The translations under genes and the position numbers were made by a program. This document shows positions 29,212-38,755 of a DNA stretch of 64,000 bases, piece after piece (positions within the stretch are counted from its first letter, which is position 1; each line of letters starts with the position of its first letter). Origin of the DNA: Prasinococcaceae sp. CCMP 1430 (lineage: Eukaryota > Plantae > Prasinodermophyta); assembly GCA_013416795.1 (NCBI GenBank), contig RQSC01000869.1, positions 25,184 through 89,183 on the forward strand, read 5' to 3'. The notes under the pieces are model-generated. The model was not told the DNA's origin and did not search any database. It saw only the letters and a list, made by a program, of their open reading frames with translations.

Positions 29212-31029
29212 TTACTGCGTTGGCCAGCCTAGCACGAGCCCAGCCAAATCGTCGACGGCGCCAGCCGCCGTTGCTTGGGCAGCAGCCAGGCGCTCCTGCT
29301 CCAGCAAGTTCTCGTGGCTCGCCACGCCCCTCGCCCGCACAAGCGCCGCCGCGACCTTCGCCCGCATTCGTGCCGCTTTCACGTGTTCGCGCACAGCGTC
29401 CTCAGTGCGCGTGTTGACAGCCACCGTGCCGCCATTCCGCATCTGCAGCCACGCAAGGGCAGAGCTACGCTCATTCTTCTCCGCTTGGTCGACCCACGCG
29501 TGCAACATTGCGCGCGCAGCGCTCAAACTGTTGGCCCAGATCACGGGCGCGGCCATGTCGAGCTGCTCGAGGCATTCGAAGCAAGAGTTGAAGTCCCCGT
29601 CGAGAGCCAGGAACCTGTGGAGCGTGAGCTCGTCCTCAATGCGGTCGGCAATATGTGCGTGCTCCTCAAGCAGCTCGCGCTTGAGGAGCATCGTCCAGCG
29701 AAGGAGCGCGGTGCGCTTGCCCTCCAACTGAAATTGGCTCTCGTAGTTGAAAGTCGCGCGCACCATAGGTGCGCCCCTGCCCTGGAGGAGCACGGGATCG
29801 ATCTCGAACATGCGAGCGTTGATGATGTTGTTGCACATGCGTACGGCTGTGGCCTGGAGCGGAGATGCGTCAAGATAGCGCGGCTCGAAGCCGCCAATGA
29901 TGCGTACCATGAGCGCGGCACAGTCTCGCCGCGAGAGCATGCGCGAGAGACCCCCCTCGCCTCCAAAGAGGTCCAGAAATACCTCATCATCTGCACGTTC
30001 GTGGTCGTCGTCCAGATCGATGCTCGTCGAGGGTGGGCATCCGCGCGCGGTCACGCGCACCAGGAAATGAGCTGGCATTGGCACCATCTCCGCCGCCCCT
30101 CCTAGCCGAGCGATGGATGCTTCCTCTGCCACGGCGCAGAACGCCGTGGCGAGCGTGATCGGGATCGCCTCGTGCGGTGCGCGCGTGAACAGAGTCAGGA
30201 GCGAGCTATTTGAGACCGCGTAGTACTCTCCACGACTCCCACCGAGCGCGGGCAGTTCGCCGTTGTCACCGTGAAGCACCTGCAACACCGCGCTGGCGAG
30301 GGCGCGTGCCCCCACACGCGCGTCCGTGCCTGGCCTCGCGGCAGCGGCCGCCGCACGTTCTGCCTCTGCGAGGTGAACTCGTGCTCGCGCCGCGTAGCGG
30401 CCCACCTGCGAGCGCAGCTCCTGCTCTGCCAGGCGCGGGTGTCTTGGAAAGCTCTCCACGACCCCCGCACTCGTCTCAGCTTGCTGGGTTGATTCAATGA
30501 GGTTTGAGATGCCCACCGCGACGCTGAGCAGCTGGCCGCTCGCAGCCGTGTCACCCACAACATCAGCGCGCACGCTCTTTATGGCATGACTCGCAGCCAC
30601 GCGCCGCGCTGCGCATGCCGATGCGGCGTCGCCCCTCCTCGCGAGCGCGTCAAACACCTCGAGCCCCATCGACTCGAGCTCACGATGCGCGGCCTCGCGC
30701 AGGCGAAAGTTGCTCAGCGCGGACACGAGGGCGAGCGCACGTCGGTCCTTCCTGATCCGTCTCTCATACTCGCCTTTCCAGCCCCACGCGGGAGCGCTCG
30801 CGGCATCCGCATCAGGACCATCCCTCGCGCGCAAGCGCTCCTTCCACAGCGCGCCCTCCTCCGCGCTAGCCGCCGCACGCAGCGCCCGGCACGTCGCCGC
30901 GGCGGCCGCGAGCCCCTTGGCGCAGCGCGCGCGGGCGAGCACCTCGACGAGGCACGGCCCAGGCAGGTCCGCCAGGCCCGGCCGCGCATCGACCGCGTCG
31001 CCGCCGCCAGCGTCCGGCGCGCGCTCCAT
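29212..31029 (-). CDS. F-box protein with SirB1/transglutaminase-like core (FBXO21-like)
   Basis: F-box LADLPGPCLVEVLAR...TCRALR...LWK; YYAVSNSSL...IPITLA, MPAHFLVRV, VFLDLFGG and VRMCNNI. Confidence 0.75.
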   Translation of the reverse strand: MERAPDAGGGDAVDARPGLADLPGPCLVEVLARARCAKGLAAAAATCRALRAAASAEEGALWKERLRARDGPDADAASAPAWGWKGEYERRIRKDRRALALVSALSNFRLREAAHRELESMGLEVFDALARRGDAASACAARRVAASHAIKSVRADVVGDTAASGQLLSVAVGISNLIESTQQAETSAGVVESFPRHPRLAEQELRSQVGRYAARARVHLAEAERAAAAAARPGTDARVGARALASAVLQVLHGDNGELPALGGSRGEYYAVSNSSLLTLFTRAPHEAIPITLATAFCAVAEEASIARLGGAAEMVPMPAHFLVRVTARGCPPSTSIDLDDDHERADDEVFLDLFGGEGGLSRMLSRRDCAALMVRIIGGFEPRYLDASPLQATAVRMCNNIINARMFEIDPVLLQGRGAPMVRATFNYESQFQLEGKRTALLRWTMLLKRELLEEHAHIADRIEDELTLHRFLALDGDFNSCFECLEQLDMAAPVIWANSLSAARAMLHAWVDQAEKNERSSALAWLQMRNGGTVAVNTRTEDAVREHVKAARMRAKVAAALVRARGVASHENLLEQERLAAAQATAAGAVDDLAGLVLGWPTQ

Positions 31030-31437
31030 CACCGCCCTACTCCCTTCCCCCCTCCGGGGGCTGCAACACTCTAGCGCCCGGCGCCACACAGCAGAGGCCG
31101 CGCGCACACGCGCGCCTGCCACAGGGGTGGCAGCAGGACACGCACGTGCCGCGCCACGCAGCGCGTCACACTCCCCAGGCCCCAGCACTGCGCGCCGCGC
31201 GTGGCACATCCGCGTCAGCGCGGCATCCCAGCGACGCATCGAGTCGATGCATGCGTTTTGACGTACGTATACATCACTCACGAAGCTCCCGTGGTCGTCT
31301 TTGACATGTGAGCGTATGTGTGACCATCGGCTGAGGCGCAGGTCGTTTCGAATTCGAAGCGCGGGTGGGCGGAGGCGCGGTGAAAAGCGGCGGAGGCGAG
31401 CGCTCGGGCGCCACTACGCGCGTGGCGCGGTGCCGGA

Positions 31438-31439
<2 letters not shown>

Positions 31440-31487
<48 letters not shown>
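31440..31487 (+). repeat. Poly-G homopolymer (48 nt)
   Basis: Uninterrupted G run. Confidence 0.95.
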
Positions 31488-31488
<1 letters not shown>

Positions 31489-32448
31489 AGGTGGTAACAA
31501 CTGGATTGGGAGGGCGTGTCGAGAGGGTACACGCGGGACAAGCCCCTGGAGGAGCCCCCGCGAGCCGCCGCGCGGCGGCGCCGCTGCGGCGCTACGCTGC
31601 CGCGCCCGCGCTCGTGTCGGACGTGACGGTGCCCTTCACAGTCGTTGACTACGATGGGGTGCGCCACAAGTGCGTCGGCCGCGTGGGCCACAACCTCGTC
31701 AAGTCGATGCAGCAGCAGGGCCTACCGATGGTGCTCATGGGCGTGCAGGGGTACGACGCGGCCGTAAGGGTCTCCAGGGAGTTCCAGGGCAAGGTGCCGG
31801 AGATGGACCTCGCGCACGTACGTGCCCACGCTGCGCGCGCAGAGCACGCATGCGCACGCACGCGCGATTGGGCAATTGGGCGATTGGGCGTGCCCAACCC
31901 TAAAGCACGCCCGAGCGTTGCGCGCAGCGTGCACGCGCCACCGTTTGGCAGCGCGGTGCCACCGCCCATGCGGTTGCGTACCCGCGCGCATTCTAGCGGG
32001 GGCGTGCCATTCCTCCACCCTCCCCACCTCTCCCGCGCCCTCTTTACCCCCGACCCACGCGCACGCGACTCTTTTCTCGAATGTGCCCCCTCGCGCTGGG
32101 AGAGCCGGAAGAGCTGACACCACCCGTCCCCCATCTCGCCCATGCCGCGCCACTGCCGGGTGCCCCCGCGCCCGCGCCCGCGCTGCGCGGCACCTTCCTG
32201 CAGAAGAGCAAGATGCTTGAGCTCACCTACAACGTCCTTCCGGACGCGACGCTTGCGAGCCAGCTGAGGCTCACGCGCGAACTCGCTAACCTCGAGGTCG
32301 CGCTCATCAAGCCAATGTTGGAGGTGCGTCAGACTGCACCCGCAAGCAATCGCCGCGTGCCGCAAGCGTTGCGCTCGAGCACGCACATTCTGACACGCGC
32401 GCTTGCGCCGTCGCAAAACGACCCTCGCAGGACAACAACCCTCCATAA
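31488..32448 (+). CDS. Adrenodoxin-fold protein lacking Fe-S cysteines (complex I ferredoxin-bridge C1-FDX-like); start lost at poly-G
   Basis: Exons ~31488-31817 (VTVPFTVVDYDGVRHKCVGRVGHNL), 32204-32323 (MLELTYNVLPDATLASQLRLTRELANLEVAL) and 32431-32448; GT-AG introns preserve frame. Confidence 0.6.
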
Positions 32449-32675
32449 GCGCCGACCGCAGAGGCTCCATGCGTTGGTCCTTGCTACAATTTTGTACACG
32501 AGAAAATACACGAAGATGCGCGAGCCGTACGTAATCCGACACCTTTCGCGCACGCCACGGTGCAGCACGCGCTCGTTGCGGCGCGACGCGCAGGCGCGCG
32601 CACGCGCCGTCGCGTATGGGCGCTGTATACAAGACGCCCGCCGCGGCGGCGGGCACAATTTACAGGGCAGCGCCA

Positions 32676-34547
32676 TCACACCATCGAGAACGCCTTGATG
32701 ACACCCATCGAGTTGGCGGCTAGTATCTGCGTTGGGTCCGTGCCTCTCCAACAAACGGCCGAGATGAACAGTTGTTTGGCGTTGTCGTAGCCGATCTCCC
32801 CAGGCGATGTGAAAAGCCGCTTCATGGCGGGCCGGCTGCAGCGCTTGTGGTATACGAAGAGTTCGTTGGTCTCGGAGCCGCACGCCAGGAAGTTGGGGCC
32901 GGTCGACAGACCGATGAAATTTTTCTCGTTGACGTGTCCGCGTAGCGTCTTAGTCAAGCAGTTTTGTCTCACGTCCCACAGCTTCAGCGTGTTGTCCGTG
33001 GATGCGCTCGCAAGCTCCGTCTCGGACATGAAGCGCACGTACGACACCGCCTTTGTGTGGCCTGAGAATGCCTGCAGCGGGTAGCGCGTGTGCCGAAGGT
33101 CGTAATAGTGTACGTGGTGGTCGGCCGAGCCCAGCGCGACGTGGTTTGAGTTGTGAGGGTTGAAGCGCACGCAGCACACGTTGGCCTTGAGCTCGAGAGT
33201 CATGACACTCCCTTGCTGCTGCGTGCTCCACAGCTTACACCGGCAGTCGTCCGAGCCGGAGAGCATGAGTTTAGCGTCGTCCGAGGCGCAGTCCACGCTC
33301 CACACGCGCTTCTCGTGCTCGTCGTACTCCATGACGGGCGTCGCCGCGTCGATGTCCCACAGCGTGACGACACCCTCGTAGTCGGAGCTCGCCAGCTGGT
33401 TGCGCTGGAAGTGCGACCAGCAGAGACACGACAGCTTCGAGCGCGTGGAGCTCTCGAGGCTAGGCATGCTAGGCTCCGTGGTGCCAGAGGACGAGTTGAT
33501 CAGGTCCGAGAAAGAATACACGGAGATGCACTTGGACACGCCCGCGGTGGCAAAGTACTCGCCCATGCAGTCGAACTCAATGCTCGAGATGATGTTGGTC
33601 GAGCCCCTAGGGGCAGCGGGAGGGCGCAGGACCGCGCTTTCGCGCAAGCGCGTGAAGCGCGTAAACGTTGCGAGCGTGTCCATGAACGTGCCCAATCCCG
33701 ACTTGCCACTGTGCTGCTGGTCGGGCGCGCCTTCCACCGCTTGCGGCTCTACTGAGCCCAACCCCTCGGACCTTGCGGATGTGTACACCTGCTCCAGGTC
33801 ATCGACGGCGCCAGCGATGCGCTGTTTCGCAGCGCTGAGGCTTACGCCGGTGCCCATGCCGACGGCCGAGCCGTCGTGGTCTGCGCCCGCGCCCGAGCCG
33901 TGCGCAGCCATGGCCGAACCGCCGAAAATGGCCGCCGCGCCCGGGGAATCGCGTTCGCGCTGCATCTTGCGCAGTGTGTCGAAGCGCCTGCGCTGTTCCT
34001 GGACCACCTGGATGTCTGCCGAGAGGAAGTCGAGCTCACGCCGAAGCTGCTGCGCCTCGGAGAGCTTCTCCTCTCGCGTGAGGTGCAGGAAGTCGAGGAG
34101 CACACTGAGCTTGGCCTCGGTGGCCTCCTGCTTGAGGCGCTCCTCGTGCACCATCAGCGCGCCCACGAGCTGGCGCACCTCCTGCAGGTCGAGCCTCGCT
34201 TCCTCAGAGAGCGCTCGGCGCAGCCGCGCGGCCGGGTCGAGCATCTCGCCCTCCTCTCGGTCGCCGAGCGCTTTGGAAAGCTGCGTGAGGGCGTAGTTGG
34301 GCGTGAGCTTGTCCGTGGCGACGAAGGCGCCGCACTCGGGACAGTTGGCGCGCGTCGACAGGTGCGTGGCGATACATGTGTGGCAGAACGAGTGGCCGCA
34401 CGGGGCGACGAATGCGTCAACGAAGTTGCCGCGGCATATAGGGCAGTGCACCTCGCCGGTGCGGCCGGCCCCGCCGCCACCACCGCCAGCGGACTTGTTC
34501 GCCGCCAGCGCGGCCTGCACGAGGGACGGCCGCGCTTCGGCGTCCAT
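32676..34547 (-). CDS. COP1: E3 ubiquitin ligase COP1 (RING, coiled coil, WD40)
   Basis: CPIC...CGHSFCHTCI...CPEC RING; NIISSIEFD, SKLSCLCW, DEHEKRVWSVD, GHVNEKNFIGL and ACGSETNE; intronless; TGTAA immediately after the stop (32660-32664). Confidence 0.96.
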   Translation of the reverse strand: MDAEARPSLVQAALAANKSAGGGGGGAGRTGEVHCPICRGNFVDAFVAPCGHSFCHTCIATHLSTRANCPECGAFVATDKLTPNYALTQLSKALGDREEGEMLDPAARLRRALSEEARLDLQEVRQLVGALMVHEERLKQEATEAKLSVLLDFLHLTREEKLSEAQQLRRELDFLSADIQVVQEQRRRFDTLRKMQRERDSPGAAAIFGGSAMAAHGSGAGADHDGSAVGMGTGVSLSAAKQRIAGAVDDLEQVYTSARSEGLGSVEPQAVEGAPDQQHSGKSGLGTFMDTLATFTRFTRLRESAVLRPPAAPRGSTNIISSIEFDCMGEYFATAGVSKCISVYSFSDLINSSSGTTEPSMPSLESSTRSKLSCLCWSHFQRNQLASSDYEGVVTLWDIDAATPVMEYDEHEKRVWSVDCASDDAKLMLSGSDDCRCKLWSTQQQGSVMTLELKANVCCVRFNPHNSNHVALGSADHHVHYYDLRHTRYPLQAFSGHTKAVSYVRFMSETELASASTDNTLKLWDVRQNCLTKTLRGHVNEKNFIGLSTGPNFLACGSETNELFVYHKRCSRPAMKRLFTSPGEIGYDNAKQLFISAVCWRGTDPTQILAANSMGVIKAFSMV

Positions 34548-35222
34548 CCTGAAACGATTCTTCGCCGCGGGACGGGACGCGCCTTCCCCCGCGCCGTGGC
34601 CCGGCGCGCCGCAGTGGGCCTCGAGGCGTTCGCCCGCCCTCGCCGCGCGAGCCGCGCCTCTGACGGATCAGGCCGCACGCTGCCGCTTCCCCCCTCTCAG
34701 CGCGCCGCCCGAGTGCGCCGCCGGAGCGCGCCCACGCCCACGCGCAGGCGCGCGCGGCGCGGCGCGAGAGTGGCAACTCCGCCAGCCCTCTCCCCGTGCT
34801 CCGCCCAGTACGCACCGCACCGCACTGCCCCCCTCCCGCCCCTCACGCCGGGCGCACACACGCACACGCGCGCGCTGCCCAGCGCAGCGCCACACGCGCA
34901 TGCGAGAAAGACGGCGACGCTCTCCACGTCAAACAACGATGTATGCAAGAGCCTACGCGAGAAGCACACACACTCAGCCCCGCGCGGTCAAGTAGGAACC
35001 GGGGGAGAGGGAGACGGAACCGGGTCTATCATAGCGAATCGTGACTCTTTGTTCGACTTGAACCGTGCACGTGGCCTGAACCTGGTTCGGCCACCGCGCG
35101 CTGCGGTCGAGCGCCAGCCGCCGCCCGGCGAGTGCCATTGCGTGCGCCCGCCCGCTGTCGGCGGGGGCACCGACTCAAGGGCGGCCTGGGCGTTTCTCTG
35201 GGGCTCGGGGTTGAATTTGGCG

Positions 35223-37290
35223 ATGGCTTCAGTCCCTCTGGGGTCGGAGGCGCCATCGGCGCAGCTGCCGGTGGTGCTGCTGTGCGGCGTGAGCGACGGC
35301 GCGGCGGCCGCCGCGCTCGCGGCCGCGCGGGGGAGTGCGCGGCGATTCGCTTGATTGCGCAGGCGGGGGCGCGGCGGGGGTGGGGGGGAGGAAACGGGGG
35401 CTTGCCCCGCCCGGGCGGGCGCGACGCGCCTGGCGAGAATGTTGTAACTCTGTGTGACGTCTTACGCTGAGGGTGTTGCGCGTGGTGACCGTGTGCATCA
35501 AGCCTTGGGTCTCCGCTCCACCTGCTGCCAGCCGCTGTTCCAAGCCGAATTCTCGCTGTCACTGAGCTTGCGCCCGGCGGGCGGCTGCAGCGCCAGCAGC
35601 TCGAGCGTTATGGTTACCTCTCCCTCCTGCGCCCACGGCAGCTTCTGCTCGTCGATGTTGAGCGTCTGAAGGAAGGCACCCTCGGCTGTGTACGCGTTGG
35701 CCGTCGTGCTGCCGAACCACCCCTTGTCGGCGCGCACGACGACCTGCGTGGTCTCGCCCACGCGTAGCCCGCACAGCATCTCGCTGAAGGCGAAGTCGAG
35801 CCCGCTCTTCTGCTGGAAGCCCGTGTAGGTGCCCAGCTGCATTTTGCGGCCGTCCGGCTGCCCTCGCCGCTCGGTGCCATCGACGGCGCGGTCGTCGCCG
35901 TCGCGCCGCACGGCCCAGGTGAAGCGTACCTCGTCACCGTCCTGCGCGCGGCTGCTCGAGGCCGCCTCTCCACGCCCCACCGCCTCGCGGCTCGCCGCGG
36001 CCCGCTCCTTCCCCTTCGCCAGGCCCTTTGCCAGCCCCACCACCGGGGGCGCCGCCGCCGGTCGACGCAGCGGCGGCGGCGGCGGGCTGCGCGGCCGTTG
36101 CACGCGCCCCTGATTCGGACGGACTGCTAGAGGCGACGCAGGCCGCCGCGGCGCGAGCCTTCGATGTGCTCGTGCTGCGCGCAGACGCGCCCGCCGAGCC
36201 TGCCGGCGTCGCAGAGTGCCTTGGCCAAAGGCTCGAGGGCCCGGGTGACGACGGTGCAGGCGACGCAGAGGCTGCGACGCTGAGCGCGGTGGTGCGCCTC
36301 GGCGCGGTGCTCACCGCTGTAGATGCATCGAGTGTCGTGAATGACCTCGTTGGGAACCATGTTGCTATGTGCGACCGCTTTGACGATTGCGACGAGCCGC
36401 GCAGCGTGGGGGAGCTGGTCGCCGAGCAGATTGAGCAGGCGGACGTCATCGTCGTCGTGGGCACGCAGCCGACGGACGCGCAGAACGTCGCTAACGCCAC
36501 GGCACTCTGCACGGCACTCAACCCGCGAGCGGCAATAGTGGGCCTGGAGGGACTGGGCGTCGCTCTGCGGGGCGCGCTCGTTGGCGACGCCTTCCAGTTC
36601 GCCAACCTGCCACCGATGGCGCCGCCGCCATTCGCGAGTCGCGCGCTCAGCGGCTTGCCACCGCTGCCGGCGGCCACGACCGCGGGGCTGGAGACATACG
36701 TGTACGCGGCCAAACGACCGATGCACCCTCGGAGATTCTTTGAGTGGCTAGATGCGCACTTTGTGGTCGATGTGGATGACCTCGAGATCGACCTGCACCC
36801 TGCGTCAAGCGCAGGTGGTAGCGATCGCGACGAAGGCGGTAGCATGGACGATGCAGGGAGCGAAGGGGAGGAGGAAGAAGTCGACGCCACTGCAGAGGCT
36901 ATGAATGCCGCGGCAGTGCGTGCGCGCTGCGAGGCGGCCTACGGCACACTCGCACGCAGCTGGGGGTGCGTGTGGCTCGCCGGTCGGCCGGCGGCGCGCA
37001 TCGAGTGGAGCCAAGTGCCTGGCGCTACGAGCTTGCGGCTGTACGGCGCGTGGGCCGCTGCACTTCCGCGCGAGCAAAGGGTTCGCGGTCTCGTGGAGCT
37101 TGACCCGTCCGACCCTGCGGGCGACCGCAGGCAAGAGCTCGTCTTCGTCGGGCGCGGCGTCAACGTCGCGGCGCTCGGCGCAGCGCTCGACGCGTGTCTG
37201 TGCGCCCACGCCGAGGTTGATCCCTCCACGTGGCGACTCACGCCCGAGGCTGCCGCTGCGATGGGCGACGATCCCTTCGATGCGCTGTAG
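35223..37290 (+). CDS. CobW/COG0523 zinc-chaperone-like protein (degenerate GTPase motifs)
   Basis: Exon 35223-35334 (LPVVLLCG), putative intron 35335-36070, exon 36071-37290 in frame. ELVAEQIEQADVIVV, YAAKRPMHPRRF, ARSWGCVWLAGR and GDRRQELVFVG...ALDACL. Confidence 0.75.
35498..36060 (-). CDS. FKBP-type peptidyl-prolyl isomerase-like protein, no ATG found
   Basis: AQDGDEVRFTW, LCGLRVGETTQVVVRADKGWFG and VTITLELLAL follow the FKBP pattern. Confidence 0.55.
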
Positions 37291-37438
37291 GTTGCTGTCG
37301 CTTGCGCGCACTAGGCACTGATACACACAGCCGCTCGGCTCGCAGTTGCATGTTACGCGCATGTGCACGCACAGCCAAACCACACAAGCAGCTGAGTTGA
37401 AGAGCTGTAGTTACATCCCGCACCATGCTCGCACGCGT

Positions 37439-38755
37439 CTACTCCTCGACGGTCACGCCCATGTTGCGCGCGGTGCCGGCGATGATGTTCATGGCCGCCT
37501 CCACGTCGTTGGCATTGAGGTCCGGCAGCTTCATCGTCGCCATCTCGCGCAGCTGGTCCTGGGTGATCGAGCCCACCTTCACGTCCCTCGGCTCGCCCGA
37601 GCCCTTCGCGATGCCTGTGCAGGGAGAAGGGGTGCGTCAGCGGGTGCGCCCATCGCAAAAGATCGCGCGCCGCCACAGCGAGCGTGCTCTGCAGCACGAC
37701 GCCGCTGCGGCCACAGCATCGCACCCGCACCCGCGGCGCGGCGCGAAAGGGGCCGCATGATGATGGGCATCCGTGGGTAGGATATGACCACCTGGTACCA
37801 CAGGCCGGGCGTTGTAGCGGCTTGCGGCGGCAACCCTGCTGCCCGCAGGCGCAGCGCCGCGCTGCGCGCGCAGGGCGGGATCCACGCGCAAATGGCGCCG
37901 CAACCCCCCGACCGCAGGCCCCGCTCGCGGCGCACGTACCCGCCGCCTTCTTGATCAGGAACGACGCCGGGGGCGTCTTGGTGACGAAGGTGAAGGAGCG
38001 ATCCTGTAAGCGCGTTCACGACAACGCGCGGATGCACAGCAAAGCGAGCGCGGGCGTGAGCGCGAGCGTGAGCGCGACGTGGTGTGGTGTGGTGTGGCAC
38101 CGCGCAGGGGAAGGGCCTGTCAGCAATGGCCTGACTACGACAGGTCGGTGGAGTGGTTGCGCGTGGCGGCAGGGGGGAGGGTAGGGGAGGGGGAAGGGGT
38201 GTCGCTCAAAGCAAACGGGCAGCGGCGTGCTGCGGAACACGTGCAATTTGTGGTGCTATGCCAGCAGGCGGCGGAGTTGCAGCACAGCGCTGCGCTGCGC
38301 GGCACGGCGTGCTGGGGCCGCAAACCCTGGCGAACTTTCGCCCCCCCGCCTTCGTTGGCGGGCGCGGCGCCCGCAGCGCTGCGCTGGCTCGCCCCGTCTC
38401 CTCATGTTGCGCAAGCGCGCGCGCCAGCACGGACCTCGTAGACGGTGATCTCCACGGGAATGATCATGCCCGCCTGCTGCTGAGTCGCGGCGTTGTACTC
38501 CTTGCAGAAGCCCATGATGTTGACACCCTTGGAGCCCAGCGCGGGGCCGATGGGCGGCGCGGGCGACGCCTTGCCCGCATCGATTGCGAGCTTGATGACG
38601 CCAGTGACCTTCTTGGCCATGCACGTGACTGCACGCGACGGCGCGGCGGCCCTACCGCCCGCCGAGCGCAGCGCAGCCGCGCGGCGCGGCGCGCGCGAGG
38701 CGGGGTGCGCGGCGCGGCGCGCGATGGGCCTCACCGACGAGCAGCGCGCGCGCAT
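37439..38755 (-). CDS. RPL11: Plastid 50S ribosomal protein L11 (nuclear-encoded, transit peptide)
   Basis: Exon 1 [29 protein letters not shown]...VEITVYE (~38435-38755), exon 2 [14 protein letters not shown] (~37940-38003), exon 3 GIAKGSGEP...[12 protein letters not shown] (37439-37614); TGTAA at 37411. Confidence 0.93.
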
